Origin: Octopus sinensis
Taxonomy: Eukaryota
Direction: 5' to 3'
Assembly (NCBI RefSeq): GCF_006345805.1
Contig: NC_043000.1
Location: forward strand, 124,310,001 to 124,374,000
Length of the DNA: 64,000 nucleotides
Part shown: piece by piece, positions 49,808 through 63,455 of the stretch
How the letters are laid out: each line of letters opens with the position of its first letter
How positions within the stretch are numbered: position 1 is the first letter of the stretch
Translations under genes and position numbers: made by a program
The notes under the pieces: generated by a model
What the model saw: the letters and a program-made list of their open reading frames with translations, nothing else
Told to the model about the DNA's origin: nothing
Databases searched by the model: none

Positions 49808-50962
49808 TATCATCTGTTATGGACATGCTGTATTAAAATGCAACAAATATGTAAGACCATGTAAAAAGCACAGGTGCAGATGCTACATAAAAATTACTGG
49901 TGCTGGTGCCATGTAAAAAGCACCCAGTCCACTCTGTAAAGTGGTTGGCATTAGGGAGGACATTGAGCTGTAGAAACCTTGTGCCTATGGTAGAAAAGTC
50001 TTAGAGAAATGATAGGAGATAATTACCCAGGGGCACCTGCTGCGAGAAAACTTAATAAATCATAACATAGATGGTGTAGTAATACTTGGTGTAATAAACC
50101 AAATTTTAATAAATTATAATTAGTAATGATATCTAAATGATGAATTCTAACCAAGTTGTAACTAGAAATTAAAGAGGAGTGGTTTGCATTGAGCTCAACA
50201 GGAAGTTACTATCTCTACATTATCTATGCCAATGAGGGAGCCTTTGATCAACTCCACAAGCAACAGTCAAATCACACCATGCTAGGAATAGTAGCCAAAT
50301 CTCTCTTCAAATTACATAATACCATCTTAGATTAGAAGGACACAATAAATAATGCAGTCCTGCAGGCATCATGCTTGAATAGTTGAGGTGGTCACAGGTG
50401 GACTACTTTTGAATATAGATCTGCTTGGTTAAAGCTAACCTCTGGCTAAATAAAAACAACTATGTCATTTTTCTAAATTATCCAATTAAAGTGTTAACGC
50501 CAGTTTTAGTACAATCAATTGCATGCTGTGGTGTGAATTATGTTTATGGCTGCAGTCAGATGACAGTTTTGTTTACATAGTAACCAGCAATAAACAGCAA
50601 TGCTTATATATTAAATTATGCGAGGAGGAAGGGAATGTATGTAAATGTGTGTAGAAATATATCATGTCAGGACCATCACATGATCTCAAAGCTGATTAAT
50701 GAAAATAGAGGGTGGTTGTGGTGGTGGGGAAACCACCTGATTTTAAGGGATAATTGCTAAAGAAAAAAATTGTATTTTCACTTGCTTTTCATACCACTTT
50801 TGTAATTCTTTCTTTCAACAGCTTCAGACACTGAACTGTGGCCATGCTGGGACACTGCATTCAAGGATTTTAGATTTTCAATTAAACCCAGTACTTATTT
50901 TATCAAAATAAATTTGTCAAATCACAGAGTTATCTATTCTTGAAAAGGGGTGTTGTGCAATA

Positions 50963-51353
50963 TCTATATATATAAAGCTGAAGTTGTCTGTGTGCGGCAG
51001 GTTTGGTAGCCTTCAACTAACACTATCTCCTCCGAGACCCTGCGGTGCAAGTTGACCAAAATTGAGAATGTGATAGAAGAAGGCTTGCTCTTCATTCCGT
51101 AGAAGATAAAATTCAAATCGGACCATGTTAGCACCAAAAATTATTTACATCAAAAAGGTGCTTTTTTTTCTATGAAAATCCCTAATTTTTACAATTTTTT
51201 TACTGCTGTGTCGCCATTTTTCGGTGTATTTCAACCAGAAAAATGTTCACTTAAAGAGAATAACAAGCTACATAATGCAAAATTTTTACTTTTCAAAATT
51301 TCCAATTCGAAAGGGTTGGAACAAACCCGAGTAATGCTGGGCCATATTGCTAG
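50963..51353 (+). mobile_element. Non-autonomous Helitron
   Basis: Inserted between A and T; 5' TCTATATATATAAAG, 3' GC-rich hairpin remnant cccgagtaatgctggg followed by CTAG. Confidence 0.85.
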
Positions 51354-51769
51354 TATAACGAAAACACAGAAACACCTACACACCCATGATAGGCTTCCTC
51401 ATAATTTCCATCTACCAAATTCCACTTTCAAAACCTTGGTTACCTTGATGTCTGTTAAAGAATCATACAATTGTGATTAAACCCAGGACCAAATAGTTGT
51501 GAAGCAAACCTTTTGACCAAATTGCTTATAATTCCACTTTTTGATTTTAATTTATTCTCATTCCTAATGTTCAAAACTCACCTGACTACAACTTGTTCCA
51601 CAAAGACCATTTTAATCGCACAAGGGGTGGTGTCATGGTATATATTCACCTCAAACTTTTTAGTAATTCTTTGTGATAATTGAGCCAGTTGCAACAAAAC
51701 ATATTTTTCTGTGATTTTCTTATAAAGCACATCAACAATTCTTCTTGGAATTGTAATTCCCAAACTAAT

Positions 51770-52720
51770 ATAATGAAATTATTGTATACAGTCCTCAGGT
51801 GCATTACAACTTGTCAAAAGTGCATATAAAGCATATGCAGTAATGTACAAATGTCTGGAAGGTGAACAGTGTATGCATCAGATACATGCTTGCATGTGTA
51901 TGGAGGGGAGAAAATCAGGTGTAGTGTTGGTGAATCTCAGGAAGCATGGAAGTTTTGAAGGATGCAGTGCTCCGACAACTAACAACTGATGTCGGCAGTT
52001 TGTTCCATACTTCAGCAACTCTTAGCATGACAAAATGTTTCTGAAAGTCATGGGAGCTGTGCTGTTTTCTGGCTTTGTAAACATGTCCACGGGTGTTAGA
52101 CAGGTGGAGTTTGAAAAGGTGCTCAGAGTTATTGTTTGTAAGATGGTTAATAATTTTATGGGTGTCTGCCAAGTCAGCTGCCAGACGTCAGAGTTTCAAT
52201 GTATCCATGCCCAGAGAAGTAAGGCATGACAATTAATATCCTGGAGAGCGGCTCACAAAGGACTTGGTAAGTGATGCCAAGACACCCTCAGCATTCTTGG
52301 CAATTTTAGCAATGTGTTTTGTCCAACACAAATCGCTGTCGACAATAATGCCCAGGTCACGTTCACAAGAAGACTTTTTGAGATTAGGGTTGTGGAGGGA
52401 GTAAGCAGACACTGGGTTTTTCCACCCAAAATGCATGGAGGTACATTTGTCCACAGCCAGTTTGAGTTACCAGTCCATGATCCATTGTTGCATTGTGTCC
52501 AGGTCTGATTGCAATAAAGATCTATAGTGTACAGGATCTGTCCTCTTTATTTTGAGGTACAGCTTGATATCATCTGCATATTTCAGCACTGTGGCATTCT
52601 TTAAGTTGCCATTTATGTCATTAATATATGCAACAGATAAAAGGATGGCCAAGAACAGATCCCTGTGGTACACCAGATGTCATCTCATAGGGTGAAGAGT
52701 GCTGTCCTAGAACTGTGACA
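51770..52720 (-). mobile_element. CR1-like LINE, RT and 3' end
   Basis: EMTSGVPQG, YINDI..LKYADDIKLY, KCTSMHFG, ERDLGIIVDSDLCWTKHI, TRGHVYK, RVAEVWNKLP, then an (AAT)n tail. Confidence 0.9.
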
Positions 52721-52744
52721 ATCTCTTGACAAACACAGGAAAAT

Positions 52745-53340
52745 AACCATCTTTATTTTCATTATTGGTGATTTCAGTAACCTAGAGATAATTGAAAAAC
52801 CTTTCACTGTCTGCTAAGTGGAAATGACTCTTTTGATTAAAAACTGGGTTCAAACTAGTCCCAAATACTACCTCTCTCAATATGGTGGTGACAACACTTT
52901 GGATCTGCTAATTTTTTCTGCTCCTGAAACTGCTATCACCATCACTACCAAGAGACCTTTAGGCTACTCCAATTGTGCTTTGATCATCTCCAACATGTCT
53001 GTTATGGATAGAAAGAAACTTCACCACAACTCACTTTTTCTGGAAATCTTATTGTACTGAATTACAGCACCCAAACTGGTTTGAATTTTACAATTTCATA
53101 GATGTCAATACTTCAGCTTATCCTCCATTCAAACTGGGCTGCACGTGAAGCATCAATACTATATAAATACATTAGAACCTCCAAAAGTGCAATTTGGAAG
53201 AGTGCAGCAGTGCATCAAACCAGAAAAGAACGACAAGATACTGAATGTGGGCATCAATACACCATAAAGCTTCAGCATTAGCAAATGACTTGGTAGAAGT
53301 CCAAAAAGTTATCCAACATCTTTGGTCACCTTTTTTAATT
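52745..53340 (+). mobile_element. CR1-like LINE endonuclease/tether fragment in inverted orientation
   Basis: FIIGDFS, GDNTLDLLIFS and PLGYSNCALI (APE endonuclease GDFN / xLDL / SDH motifs, decayed). Confidence 0.7.
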
Positions 53341-53379
53341 TAATGGTGAGCCTTGTAAAATCCCCCCCCCAAAAAAAAG

Positions 53380-53730
53380 TACAACACTAATGACTTTCAG
53401 AAACATTTTTTTCATGCTCAGAATTGTCAAAGCATGTGATAAAATACTTTTATCAGAGTATTTTAGCTGTCAGGACCCTGTATCCTTAAAAACGTCCATG
53501 CTTTCTAAATTTCACCCAGAATACTCTTCGCATACCCATGCACCCTTTTTTCTTGATGGATTTTTTATTGTTTGTTTTTCTATCTTGTGTTTTATTCTGT
53601 GTACTATTCATGTAGTTTTGGCTTTTGTTGCCGTCTTTATTTGACTAATTGCAGTTTTCTTTCCCCCTTCTCTGATGAATTGTAGTGTGTCTGATCACAG
53701 TATACAATAAGCTCGTTATTATTTTTAAAC
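53380..53730 (+). mobile_element. Possible Penelope-like 3' remnant with a decayed hammerhead-like motif
   Basis: ctgatga-attgta...tacaat-aagc at 53672-53712, preceded by a weak coding-like stretch (MLSKFHPEY). Confidence 0.3.
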
Positions 53731-54575
53731 TTATGTTTTGTCAATACAGCTAGTATACCTGTGATCTAACAATGCAACATATACATTGCTCCTAATAGCT
53801 ATATGCATAGAAATATTTCTAAATTTTTTTTTTATTACTCTTTCAGCAGAGAATGTTGAATTCTGCCAAAAATTGTTGCTTTGAAAATGTTCTCAATAGT
53901 GGCATTTTCATCCTTCTTTACTGATATAGTTTGTTTGCGATACCATAATCACAGTGTACTAGAGAGAGTATAAAGGATGGTTTTCTAGTTGCGTTCTTGG
54001 TTAGCTATAAAGCCTCTGACTTTTAGGTGTAAAAGTTGTTGTTTAACCACAGGTCAACTTTGACCAAAGAAACTCGTGATCAAGCTTTCTATAGCTGTGA
54101 CCAGCCAATCATTTTTTCTAACAGTATATCTGGTACAAAATTATCCATTGTATTCTTCCACTTTTTTTTTTATGACTATAAGGTGTCATTTGAAGGGAAT
54201 TTGACATTTATTTATAGCAGTGATTTAGGTTGAGTGACCAAGATGGGCTCCCTTGTTAGCTTTTAAGATTAAGATATCATCTTGTGACTTTTATTGCGAA
54301 TGAAATAACTGGGAACTGAGACTAGATTCAACTGCATTAATTAATTTATATCACATAAGCCTTTCAAAAAAAGTTAAATTACATGACTAAATAAACATTA
54401 GAGAAATTAAATACTGCTATCTCTTCACTATTCAGTGACTTGCTGTTAGGAAAGTATCCAGCTATATATATAGAAAATCTCTGTTAAAAAAAGTACATAC
54501 AAACATCCAAATTTGAATAGTCCCTCATGCAACCCCAAGTTAGAGATATTAGAAAAAGATGGCAAATTTTCTAAA

Positions 54576-54953
54576 TCTTTCTATATATAAAGCTGAAGTT
54601 GTCTGTGTATGGCAGGTTTGGTAGCCTTCAACTAACACTATCTCCTCCGAGACCCTGCGGCACAAGTTGACCAAAATTGAGAGTATGATAGAAGGCTTGC
54701 TCTTCATTCCTTAGAAGAAAAAATTCAAATCAGACCATGTTAAGACCAAAAATTATTTACATCAAAAAGGTGCTTTTTTTTCTATGAAAATCCCTATTTT
54801 TTTACTGCTGTGTCGCCATTTTTCGGTGTATTTCAACCAGAAAAATGTTCACTTAAAGAGAATAACAAATTACATAATGCAAAATTTTTATTTTTCAAAA
54901 ATTCCAATTCTAAAGGGTTGAAACAAACCCAGCAACACCGGGCGATACTGCTG
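54576..54953 (+). mobile_element. Non-autonomous Helitron, second copy
   Basis: Collinear and highly similar to 50963-51353; 3' cccagcaacaccggg hairpin remnant, terminal CTAG degenerate. Confidence 0.8.
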
Positions 54954-56299
54954 TTATTGAAAAAGCAAAATTCTTATTGTTTTTGCTTTAAAACATTTGT
55001 TTTGTGTTGAAATATACGGAATGACTATTTAATACAGCATGTCTACAATACATCTTAAACCCGTCATTTCATCTGTGATATTCAACCTTTCTTAGGAGGC
55101 TATGGCTATCTCTAATGCTCCCCTTGATCTACATACATCACTGATATTTTCTGCCATTTATAAAATTCAGGAGGGAACCTCTATATAATCACTTGCCCAG
55201 CAACAATTAATGGCCAAACCTCCTTCAAATCCCACCATACTGTCTTAAAAAAAAAAAAAGACACATTTCTTTTATCCTTTTCACATGGTCTGGAAGTGAA
55301 CAGCTTACCTACACAGCCTGTCAAAGTGGTTAATGAATACGGTTTCATCATTTTCAGAATTAACCTTCGTACTAATTCTCCTTTGAGCAGCTGATCAGTG
55401 TTCGTTAGGATCTGAATGAGAAAGCAATAGCTGTATGCTATAAATGTTTCTCTTGCATGGTCAGTTAGGATGTTACCTTCTAGTGAGTTTATTATTTTTT
55501 AAATTCAAAATGACATAATATCTTAGTTTTGACCCAAAATATAAAATAAAGATTTTAATGTAAAAAAAAAATGAATAAAATATGGGTATTTTTCAATTAA
55601 ATTTATTAGAAAAGATACTTCAAGATTAAAACACACATACACATATAAACACACACACACACACTCTGTGTAAAGAGAATTTTAAAAACTGAAGGACGGA
55701 TGCTTTAAACAACAAACATCTGAAATATTTTAATTTTGAAGAAATTCTCAGTAGCTTTAAATCTGAAAATTTAATTTCTAATGAGATCTTAAATCTTATT
55801 TCAATAAATAGATTATTACATAAAATAGCTTTGTGTAGCACTAATAAAAAAAAACCAAAAAAACCTTTTGAGTCAAATGAAAACATTTCTCCCTCAATAC
55901 AAAAATAAATTTTTTTTTATAAAAAAATTAAATCACTCATATATTTTGGAAACTTATTCTTCAAAATACTTTGGGTCTGAATAGAAATGTTTCCTCAAAT
56001 TCCTTTTTGCTATATTATAGAACAGTAGCTCCTAGTCACAAAACATACAGTGTATAATGTTTTTATTTGTCAGGGTTGAAATACTCTTTCTTAGATATGA
56101 AACTTTTATTGATCCGTTGTTAGAAAAAGTATATATTAATTTAAAAAAAAAAAAGGTAGCTCAAACCTAAAAATCCTAAAGAATATCAATTATCACAAGA
56201 ATTTTTTTGTTCTATTTTCAAGTGGAATTTGTGGTGATGAAAATAATATTGATCTCTGACTTTAGCTCAAGGTCATACGTTTGTAGATAGAGAGGATAG

Positions 56300-56660
56300 T
56301 GAACAAAACCAACCCTAGTAAGTGACCTGTAATGATTTCAATTGAATGTCTGAGGAATGAAAGACAAACTTGACAGGCAGGTTTCAACACAAAACATAGT
56401 GAAGAAAATATTGCCCATTCATGACAAAAAGCCCTACCATTTTTACTATCAAACAATCAGTCAAACGAGACATTTCTCTTCTAGTCTTGGGCAAAGACCT
56501 TCTCCTTTTCTTTCTATATGTTTCATTTTGGGAGATCAATTTCCAATTTCTGTCAAATCTAACATGCTTGTGTTTATATTGAGCTGTTCTTAGGTGTTCC
56601 ACTATGTGACAATGCAGCATGGCACAAGAACCTAAATCTTGACAAAGTACTTTGGGCCAG
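56300..56660 (-). mobile_element. Possible piggyBac-type transposase C-terminal (Cys-rich) remnant
   Basis: MFCVETCLSSLSFIPQTFN*NHY resembles the terminal CxxCxVxLCF...YH pattern; heavily decayed. Confidence 0.3.
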
Positions 56661-56852
56661 CTGATTGTTATTACTTGAATAGAGCTCTCTTAAAGAAAAT
56701 GGTAAAATGTAAGTATAACAATTCTTTCTTACTTTGGCACAAGGCCAGCAATTTTGAGGGAGAGGTGGGTAAATCAATTATACTAACCTTAGTGAAATTT
56801 GAACACTCAATGTAAAGAGCCAGCGGAATGCTGCTAAGCATTTTGTCTGACA

Positions 56853-57056
56853 TACTCTTTCACTTGTTTCAGTCATTTGACTGTGGCCATGCTGGAGCAC
56901 CACCTTTAGTTGAGCAAATCGCCCCCAGGACTTATTCTTTGTAAGCCTAGTACTTATTCTATCGGTCTCTTTTGCAGAACTGCTAAGTTACAGGGATGTA
57001 AACACACCAGCATCTGGTTGTCAAGCGATTTTGGGGGCACAAACACAGACACACAC

Positions 57057-57087
<31 letters not shown>

Positions 57088-57242
57088 TATACGATGGGCT
57101 TCTTTCAGTTTCTGTCTACCAAATTTACTCAAAGGCTTTGGTTGGCCCGAGGCTATAGTAGAAGACACTTGCCCAAGGTGCCATGCAGTGGGACTGAACC
57201 TGGAACCATGTGGTTCGAAAGCATGTTACTTACCACACAGCC
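56853..57242 (-). mobile_element. SINE family A, full length
   Basis: Reverse complement of the 43433-43826 family. Confidence 0.9.
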
Positions 57243-57499
57243 GTGAGCTTACTACCTTACAATGTAAGTACAATTATAAATATTATCTGTGCTGGCCATA
57301 AACAATGAAAATATCTTCTATCTTTTATTTGTTTCAGTCATTAGACTGCAGCCATGTTGGGGCATTGCCTTGAAGAATTTTAGTCAAATAAATTGACTAC
57401 TCATTGTTTTAAAGTCTGGTATTTGTTCTACCAGTCTCTTATGTTGGATTGCTAAGTTACAGGAACATAAATACACTAACAACGGTTGTTGACTGGTGG

Positions 57500-57800
57500 C
57501 AAGGGATATACATACACACACACACACATATATATATACACACACACATATATACATATATATATACACACATACACATACATATATATATACACACACA
57601 CATATGTATATGCTCTTATATATATACTCATATATATATATACATACACACACACACATATATATACATACACACGTATATATACATATACACACATATA
57701 TATATACATATATCATCATCATCGTTTAACGTCTGCTTTCCATGCTAGCATGGGTTATATATACATATACATATATATATATATATACACACAAACACAC
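57500..57800. repeat. (CA)n/(TA)n compound microsatellite within a decayed family A SINE
   Basis: Runs of tacacacacata and tatatatac. Confidence 0.9.
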
Positions 57801-60375
57801 ACATGGTGGGATTCTTTCAGTTTCCGTTTACCAAATCCACACACAAGGCTTTGGTCGCCTCAAGGCTACAGAAGACACTTGCCCAAGGTGTAGGACTAAA
57901 CCCTGGAACCATGTGGTTGGGAAGAAAACTTCTTACCATACAGCTACGCCTAGAGAATTCTATATTTCTGCATACTTTCTCAAAATGATTGAATATCTCT
58001 GATCAAATAACTACTTTACTTTGCTAAATTTTATGTAGAAAGATGCTACACTTCAATTTTAATTTATACATTTTTAGAAGAGTGTATTTTGTTTCCAATT
58101 AAAATCCTAGATGAGATAGAGCCCAGATAGAAAAGATAATTAAAAATTTCTATTAACTTTGAAATAACACTTGACGTCAGCTCGGATATCTAACAGTCTA
58201 AAGTTATTAGAGTTGCTAAGGAGTTTTTTTGATAATGGTTTACTTTAATGAATAAATAAAATCAAAATCAAATTTACAACTATGAAATAAATAAATTAAA
58301 AGATTATAGGGATTACATGAATTGTTGATAATTCTCAGTTTAAAAATAGCCATCTATAGTTATTTTTAAAGTATATACACCGTTGACAATAAGTTACTGC
58401 AGTTTTTGCCTGAGATAAAATCTCTTCTAGATATGCAGTGTTTAAAAAGACAATACATATCCAAGTGAGACAAAAAAATCACTCCAGCAGAGGCTAACTT
58501 TGTTGGGCCCAGTCAACGATGAATACACATGACTGACCAGGCCCAACAAGGCCAAAATGCATCTAATATCCTGTGTAATTTTTCATTTCCCTCCAAAGTA
58601 TATTGTCTTTCTAATCACAACACATCCATAACATTTTTTTTTTATCTTAGATGAAAACTGCAATATCTTGCTTATCAACAGCGTATATACATTGAGTATG
58701 ATACATAGATGACTATATACTAATTGTTTTAAAATTTAACTGTAACGATTTCTTTCTTTAGCAGTCCCTTTTAATTCATGCATACACAATCAATTATATA
58801 ATTAAAAAAGGGAAAAGCAATAAATTTATTGAATATTTAAATTAGTAATCTTTTAAATAAGCTACTTTAAATATATGTAGCATCTATTACTACATAGGTT
58901 GAAAGGTCCAGGTGAATTAAAGCTGTGAGATTTGAATCCTCCTCCTGGATATATTTAACCTACTGAGCCACTGTTCTTAAGAGAAACATGAATATCACCA
59001 TTTCTACTTTGCTTCATGTCTTTGATCCCAGAATATCAAGTGGAATTTACTCAAGAAAAGTAAGAACTTGATATCTACTCATATTGAAAATTATCTTCAT
59101 TTTTGTCTTTGAACAATTAAAAGTTGGGTTGATTTCAATAACTTTGAAAAGTTGCTCAAGTCAGTTTAGACATTTCATTCAAGAACAATATCTTCAACTT
59201 TAACATTTCCAATTTTTCCTCCCTCTTCTTTGAAAGGAAAAAATAGAATTCTTAAAGGATACATATTTGGCTGTTTTACCTATTGTAAGAATTTTATTTT
59301 AACTATAAATGCTGTAGAATAGAAGCAATATCTTTTGCTTCTCCTCTACTCACCACCACATAAAAAGAGACCAAATTTTCCTATTTTTCATCACCTTCAA
59401 CTTCAGGAAAAAAAAACTATAAAAATTATAAGAGTTACACACACAGTAAATCTGATTATAGAGGTTTTCAAAAGCATAAAAGACTAAATTCCTTCAAAAT
59501 GAGAAAAATATGAAGTGAATTTTCTAGACGTCCCCAAAATTCATGATTCAGACCATAATAAACTATATCCAAAGAACACAAACATAAAAAAATCTAAACT
59601 ACACTACAAGATCTAAGTAAGCAAAGTTTATAATTCACGACTGCTGCAATTTATACAGCTATGCATTCAGCTATCCTAAAACAATTTAGAAACTTTGGAA
59701 AAATAATCCTCTCTCTCACCTGATCCAGTTAAACCCAAATTCTGTACTTGAGAACAAATATATTTTAATAAATCTCAAGAAATTGCAGACACCCTACACT
59801 CTTCTTTCCTTGTTAAAAAATTAAACTCGAGCAATTATGTAGAAAACTTTTAATATAATTTTGTTTTATGGGCTTTAAGTGGAAGGTAAAAGGCTGAGAA
59901 TAAAGTTTACATGAACCTTCAGTCATGTTCTAATGAAAAACTATAGTTATTGCAATATATTGTGTGTTCCATAAATTCTTGTAAATATAAATTTTGTTTA
60001 TTGTGAAAAGTTTTGAAATATTATATATAGAAATATGGAAAAGAACTTTTAAAAAACATGTGACGTTTTTTGGCATCTAGAAATTTGACAAATATTAGTC
60101 TTCCAAAAACTGTCCAAAGAAGGTTCACATATAAAATAAGATTGTTGATAGTGTTTTAAGGAATCACTTAAATATAACTATCTTATATGATTTGTTAATA
60201 AACAGTAAATGTTATTTTCCCATATGAAAATGTTTTTTCAATCAATTTGATATTAGACTGTGAGTATTAATCATTGTTTTGACTTCATTTTATAAAAAAT
60301 TTAAAGACTAAGTTATTTCTGATAGGAATGGAACTTCAACTTAGCCCTCATGTTTGTGTTCATCAACTGATATAT

Positions 60376-60420
<45 letters not shown>

Positions 60421-60707
60421 TATTAAGAGGACTAAGACAGATACTACATCTGATGTACCAAAGTGCAGCTACAATGCTTAGTCTAAAACTAATGCAAATA
60501 ATATTGGCCGAAGCTAAGGATATGTAGAGTCAATTCTCTTGACCTAGAAATGTAGTGAGCATATATATATATATCAATCTGACTGGCTTGAAAAAGGAGA
60601 TGCATGCTGTTAGAACTCCAGACAAACAACCTGTGGATTGACATAAATAAACTACTGCATTCTATGTTTATATTCAGTACTTCTTTCCTGGATCATTACT
60701 CAACTAT

Positions 60708-60749
<42 letters not shown>

Positions 60750-61012
60750 TCATCATCATTTAACATCTGTTTTCCATGCTATCATCTGATTATGAATAGA
60801 AATCATACAGCTGGAGATATAAGTTTCATATGTAATGAATTTCACCTCATTAATTCAGAATTATGTATGTAATAAAATGTAGATTGTATGGCGAATTGCT
60901 TGTGGAGATAATAAGGACAATGTTTAAACCTTCTCAACTCTAAGAAAAAATTTAATATGAAAATAACGAGAAGCTGAACACTTCTCCCATTTGATCCTTT
61001 CTTTTGTACAAA

Positions 61013-61680
61013 TTAAATCTGTAAAACAAGACCTGCAGAGGAAATGTTATCTCCTCCCCCAACAGTTTTGAGAATCTGGGTGCATACAAGAACAGGGGCA
61101 ACACATATTTCATAATCATCTTCGTTCCAGCATGAGACAGGACGGTCCTTCTGGAGTGGGATTCGTTGACCAGACTCAACTTGACTTGTCGAGAAGGAAT
61201 CATCCATGATGAGCCTGGCTTTTAAGGTATCGATATCAACTGATCCACAAACATGACGGTGAGCAGTTAATGCAGCTTTAGCTGTGGCTGACATTGAATG
61301 TTTCCATGTTGAAGACTTGTCAGTTAAAATAGCTTGAAAGGCAAGTGTATGTACATGCAGTCTTGTGACTTTACGCTTACTTATGTTATTTGTTCTGTTT
61401 TGAAGATGGTTGTATACAAATCGCATCTGATCTAAAACAGTTGCAATTCTTGGATAGGCATCAGATATTAATGTGACACTGCCATCATTAAGAGCAGTCA
61501 CTAAATTTGGCAGCTCCTGTTCATTCATACCAAGTGAATCACTATGTATGACAACTTTGTTTATTATTTCACTCAACAGATCAGAATTTGCGAAAGATGC
61601 AAATTCAAAATGAATTTTGGTTTCAGGTGAAACAGATAACATCATTTGTTCCAGTTCTGATAACTTAAGTTGTCTTTGAT
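61013..61680 (-). CDS. ADPGK: ADP-dependent glucokinase, terminal coding exon
   Basis: Long open frame (IHFEFASF...HSDSLGMNEQEL...TRLHVHTLAFQAI...AKAALTAHRHVCG...ICVAPVLVCT...TVGGGDNISSAGLVLQI*) recognisable as the C-terminal half of the ADP-dependent kinase (ribokinase-fold) family, with the GxGD catalytic-base motif. Acceptor tcatttgcttctattttcag|AT at 61681/61680 (phase 1); TAA stop at 61015-61013. Confidence 0.95.
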
Positions 61681-62509
61681 CTGAAAATAGAAGCAAATGA
61701 TGAATTTTAAAAATAGCTTAAAGTATATTTAGATATCACTTAAACAACATGAATCTGAAGATTTATTAAATAATAAATTCAATATTTCAAAGAGTAAATA
61801 TATACAATAGTTTTTGGAAAGGTAGTTCATAGCATTCAAATTATACAATGCAAGTTGCATTGTATCCCTTAAGTTTTCTAGTTTTTTTTCTGTTGACTTC
61901 AATGTACAGAGCAGGAAAATGTGTATCAAATAAAATTTGCTATAATGGTTTAGCCATAAAGACATTTGCTTTAAAAAAGGTGAAAATGTAGCAAAAAGTC
62001 ACACAAAAATAGAATGAACAACAAATATATATATCCAGTTACAGTTAATCATTTATTCTCTAATCTTTATAAAATAAACATCAATAATGATATCATATGG
62101 CTAAAATTAAACCATTTCTACAGTTGCAGACTATTAATCAATTAAAGTTTTCAGTCAGTTGTATACTGGACCCAATTACAATAAACACTATAATATCTTA
62201 GATAAATTTTATTTCTTCATTATGAAAATTTTATCATTCCAAGCTACTTCTATTTTATCTTCATGTATGTTTGGTTATCTATGACTTGATGAAAGACATT
62301 TATTCATAGTTTATTGTTACCCAACATGGCTTATTATCAAAATCATTTCATTCTATAGAAGTGTATGATTTGTGTTCTCACATCATATGAGTTACGGGCA
62401 ATTAATTTCACATTTTTAAGTACCTACAAATACCTGCATATTAAATCTCTAATGAGGTTTATGCAAAGTGCTCAACTGATTTTAAGTATCTGTATGAGGC
62501 AAGAGAAAT

Positions 62510-62990
62510 CAAAGTGAAATTCGATGACTGGCACCCGTGCTAGTGGGGTGTGAAGAGCACCATACGAGTGTGATCGTTGACAGAGTGGCTAACCGGCTTC
62601 CGTGCCAGTGGCACATAAAAGGCACCATTCGAGGGTGATTGTTACCAGTGTCGCCTTACTGGCACTTGTGCCCCATGCTAGTAGAGTGCTAAGAGCACCA
62701 TCCGAGCGTGATCATTGCCAGAGCGGCTAACTGGCTTCCATGCCAGTGGCATGTAAAAGGCACCATTCGAGCGTGATCATTACCAGTGCCACCTGACTGT
62801 CCCCTGTGCCGGTGGTATGTAAAAGCACCCACTACACTCTCGGAGTGGTTGGCATTAGGAAGGGCATCCAGCTGTAGAAACTCTGCCAGATCAAGATTGG
62901 AGCCAGGTGTAGCCATCTGGTTCGCCAGCCCTCAGTCAAACTGTCCAACCCATGCCAGCATGGAAAGCGGACGTTAAATGATGATGATGT
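62510..62990 (+). mobile_element. SINE family C in the ADPGK intron, with an A-B-A-B internal array
   Basis: Four ~65-72 bp units, then the core ggttggcattaggaagggcatccagctgtagaaac and the tail ggacgttaaat(gat)n. Confidence 0.9.
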
Positions 62991-63318
62991 AGATTTTCAA
63001 AAAAATTCCCTTAAAACTAGGTTTCTCTTTCCTGTTGCTGAAGATTGATTTTCCTGTGCAGTTTTCAAAGGTGTCATTTTACTAAGCTACCTTCCAAATA
63101 TTTGCTCTATTCTTACAAATTGACATCTAAAATCTCTAGATGCCAAAAAGAAGTTCTTATTTATAATCATATTCGAAAGAATTTCTTTCATGAAGCAATT
63201 ACTTAATTTTGTTAATGAAACATGGTGTACATGTAAATATATTAGGAATACATGTTGAATGTATATATAAAAATTAATCAAAAGAAACTTTTTTCTTAGA
63301 ATTATAGAAAATTCTTAC

Positions 63319-63455
63319 CAGGTTCAAAAGGAAAATTATCCATCATTTGAAGACCACCAAGAATTAACAACGAAGGTTTAAATTTAAGCAATTCTTTTGA
63401 AAAGATTTCCATTGATGTAAGTTGAGGGTTACTTTTATCATTGTGAATGATAAAT
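63319..63455 (-). CDS. ADPGK: ADP-dependent glucokinase, penultimate coding exon (137 nt)
   Basis: (R)FIIHNDKSNPQLTSMEIFSKELLKFKPSLLILGGLQMMDNFPFEP, including the ADPGK-type GGLQMMDNFPF motif. Acceptor ttactgttttctag|A, donor CCTG|gtaaga. The phase-1 end (G) joins AT of the terminal exon to give an in-frame GAT (Asp). Upstream exons lie beyond the window. Confidence 0.92.

Noticed and set aside
57384-58002. Overlapping 77-135 aa ORFs
   Set aside because: Derived from (CA)n/(TA)n microsatellite and SINE family A.
58870-59450. Coding-like minus-strand stretch downstream of ADPGK (e.g. SRNGDIHVSL...NSPGPFNL)
   Set aside because: Frequent stops, no recognisable family and no splice structure; probably an old transposon fragment or UTR.
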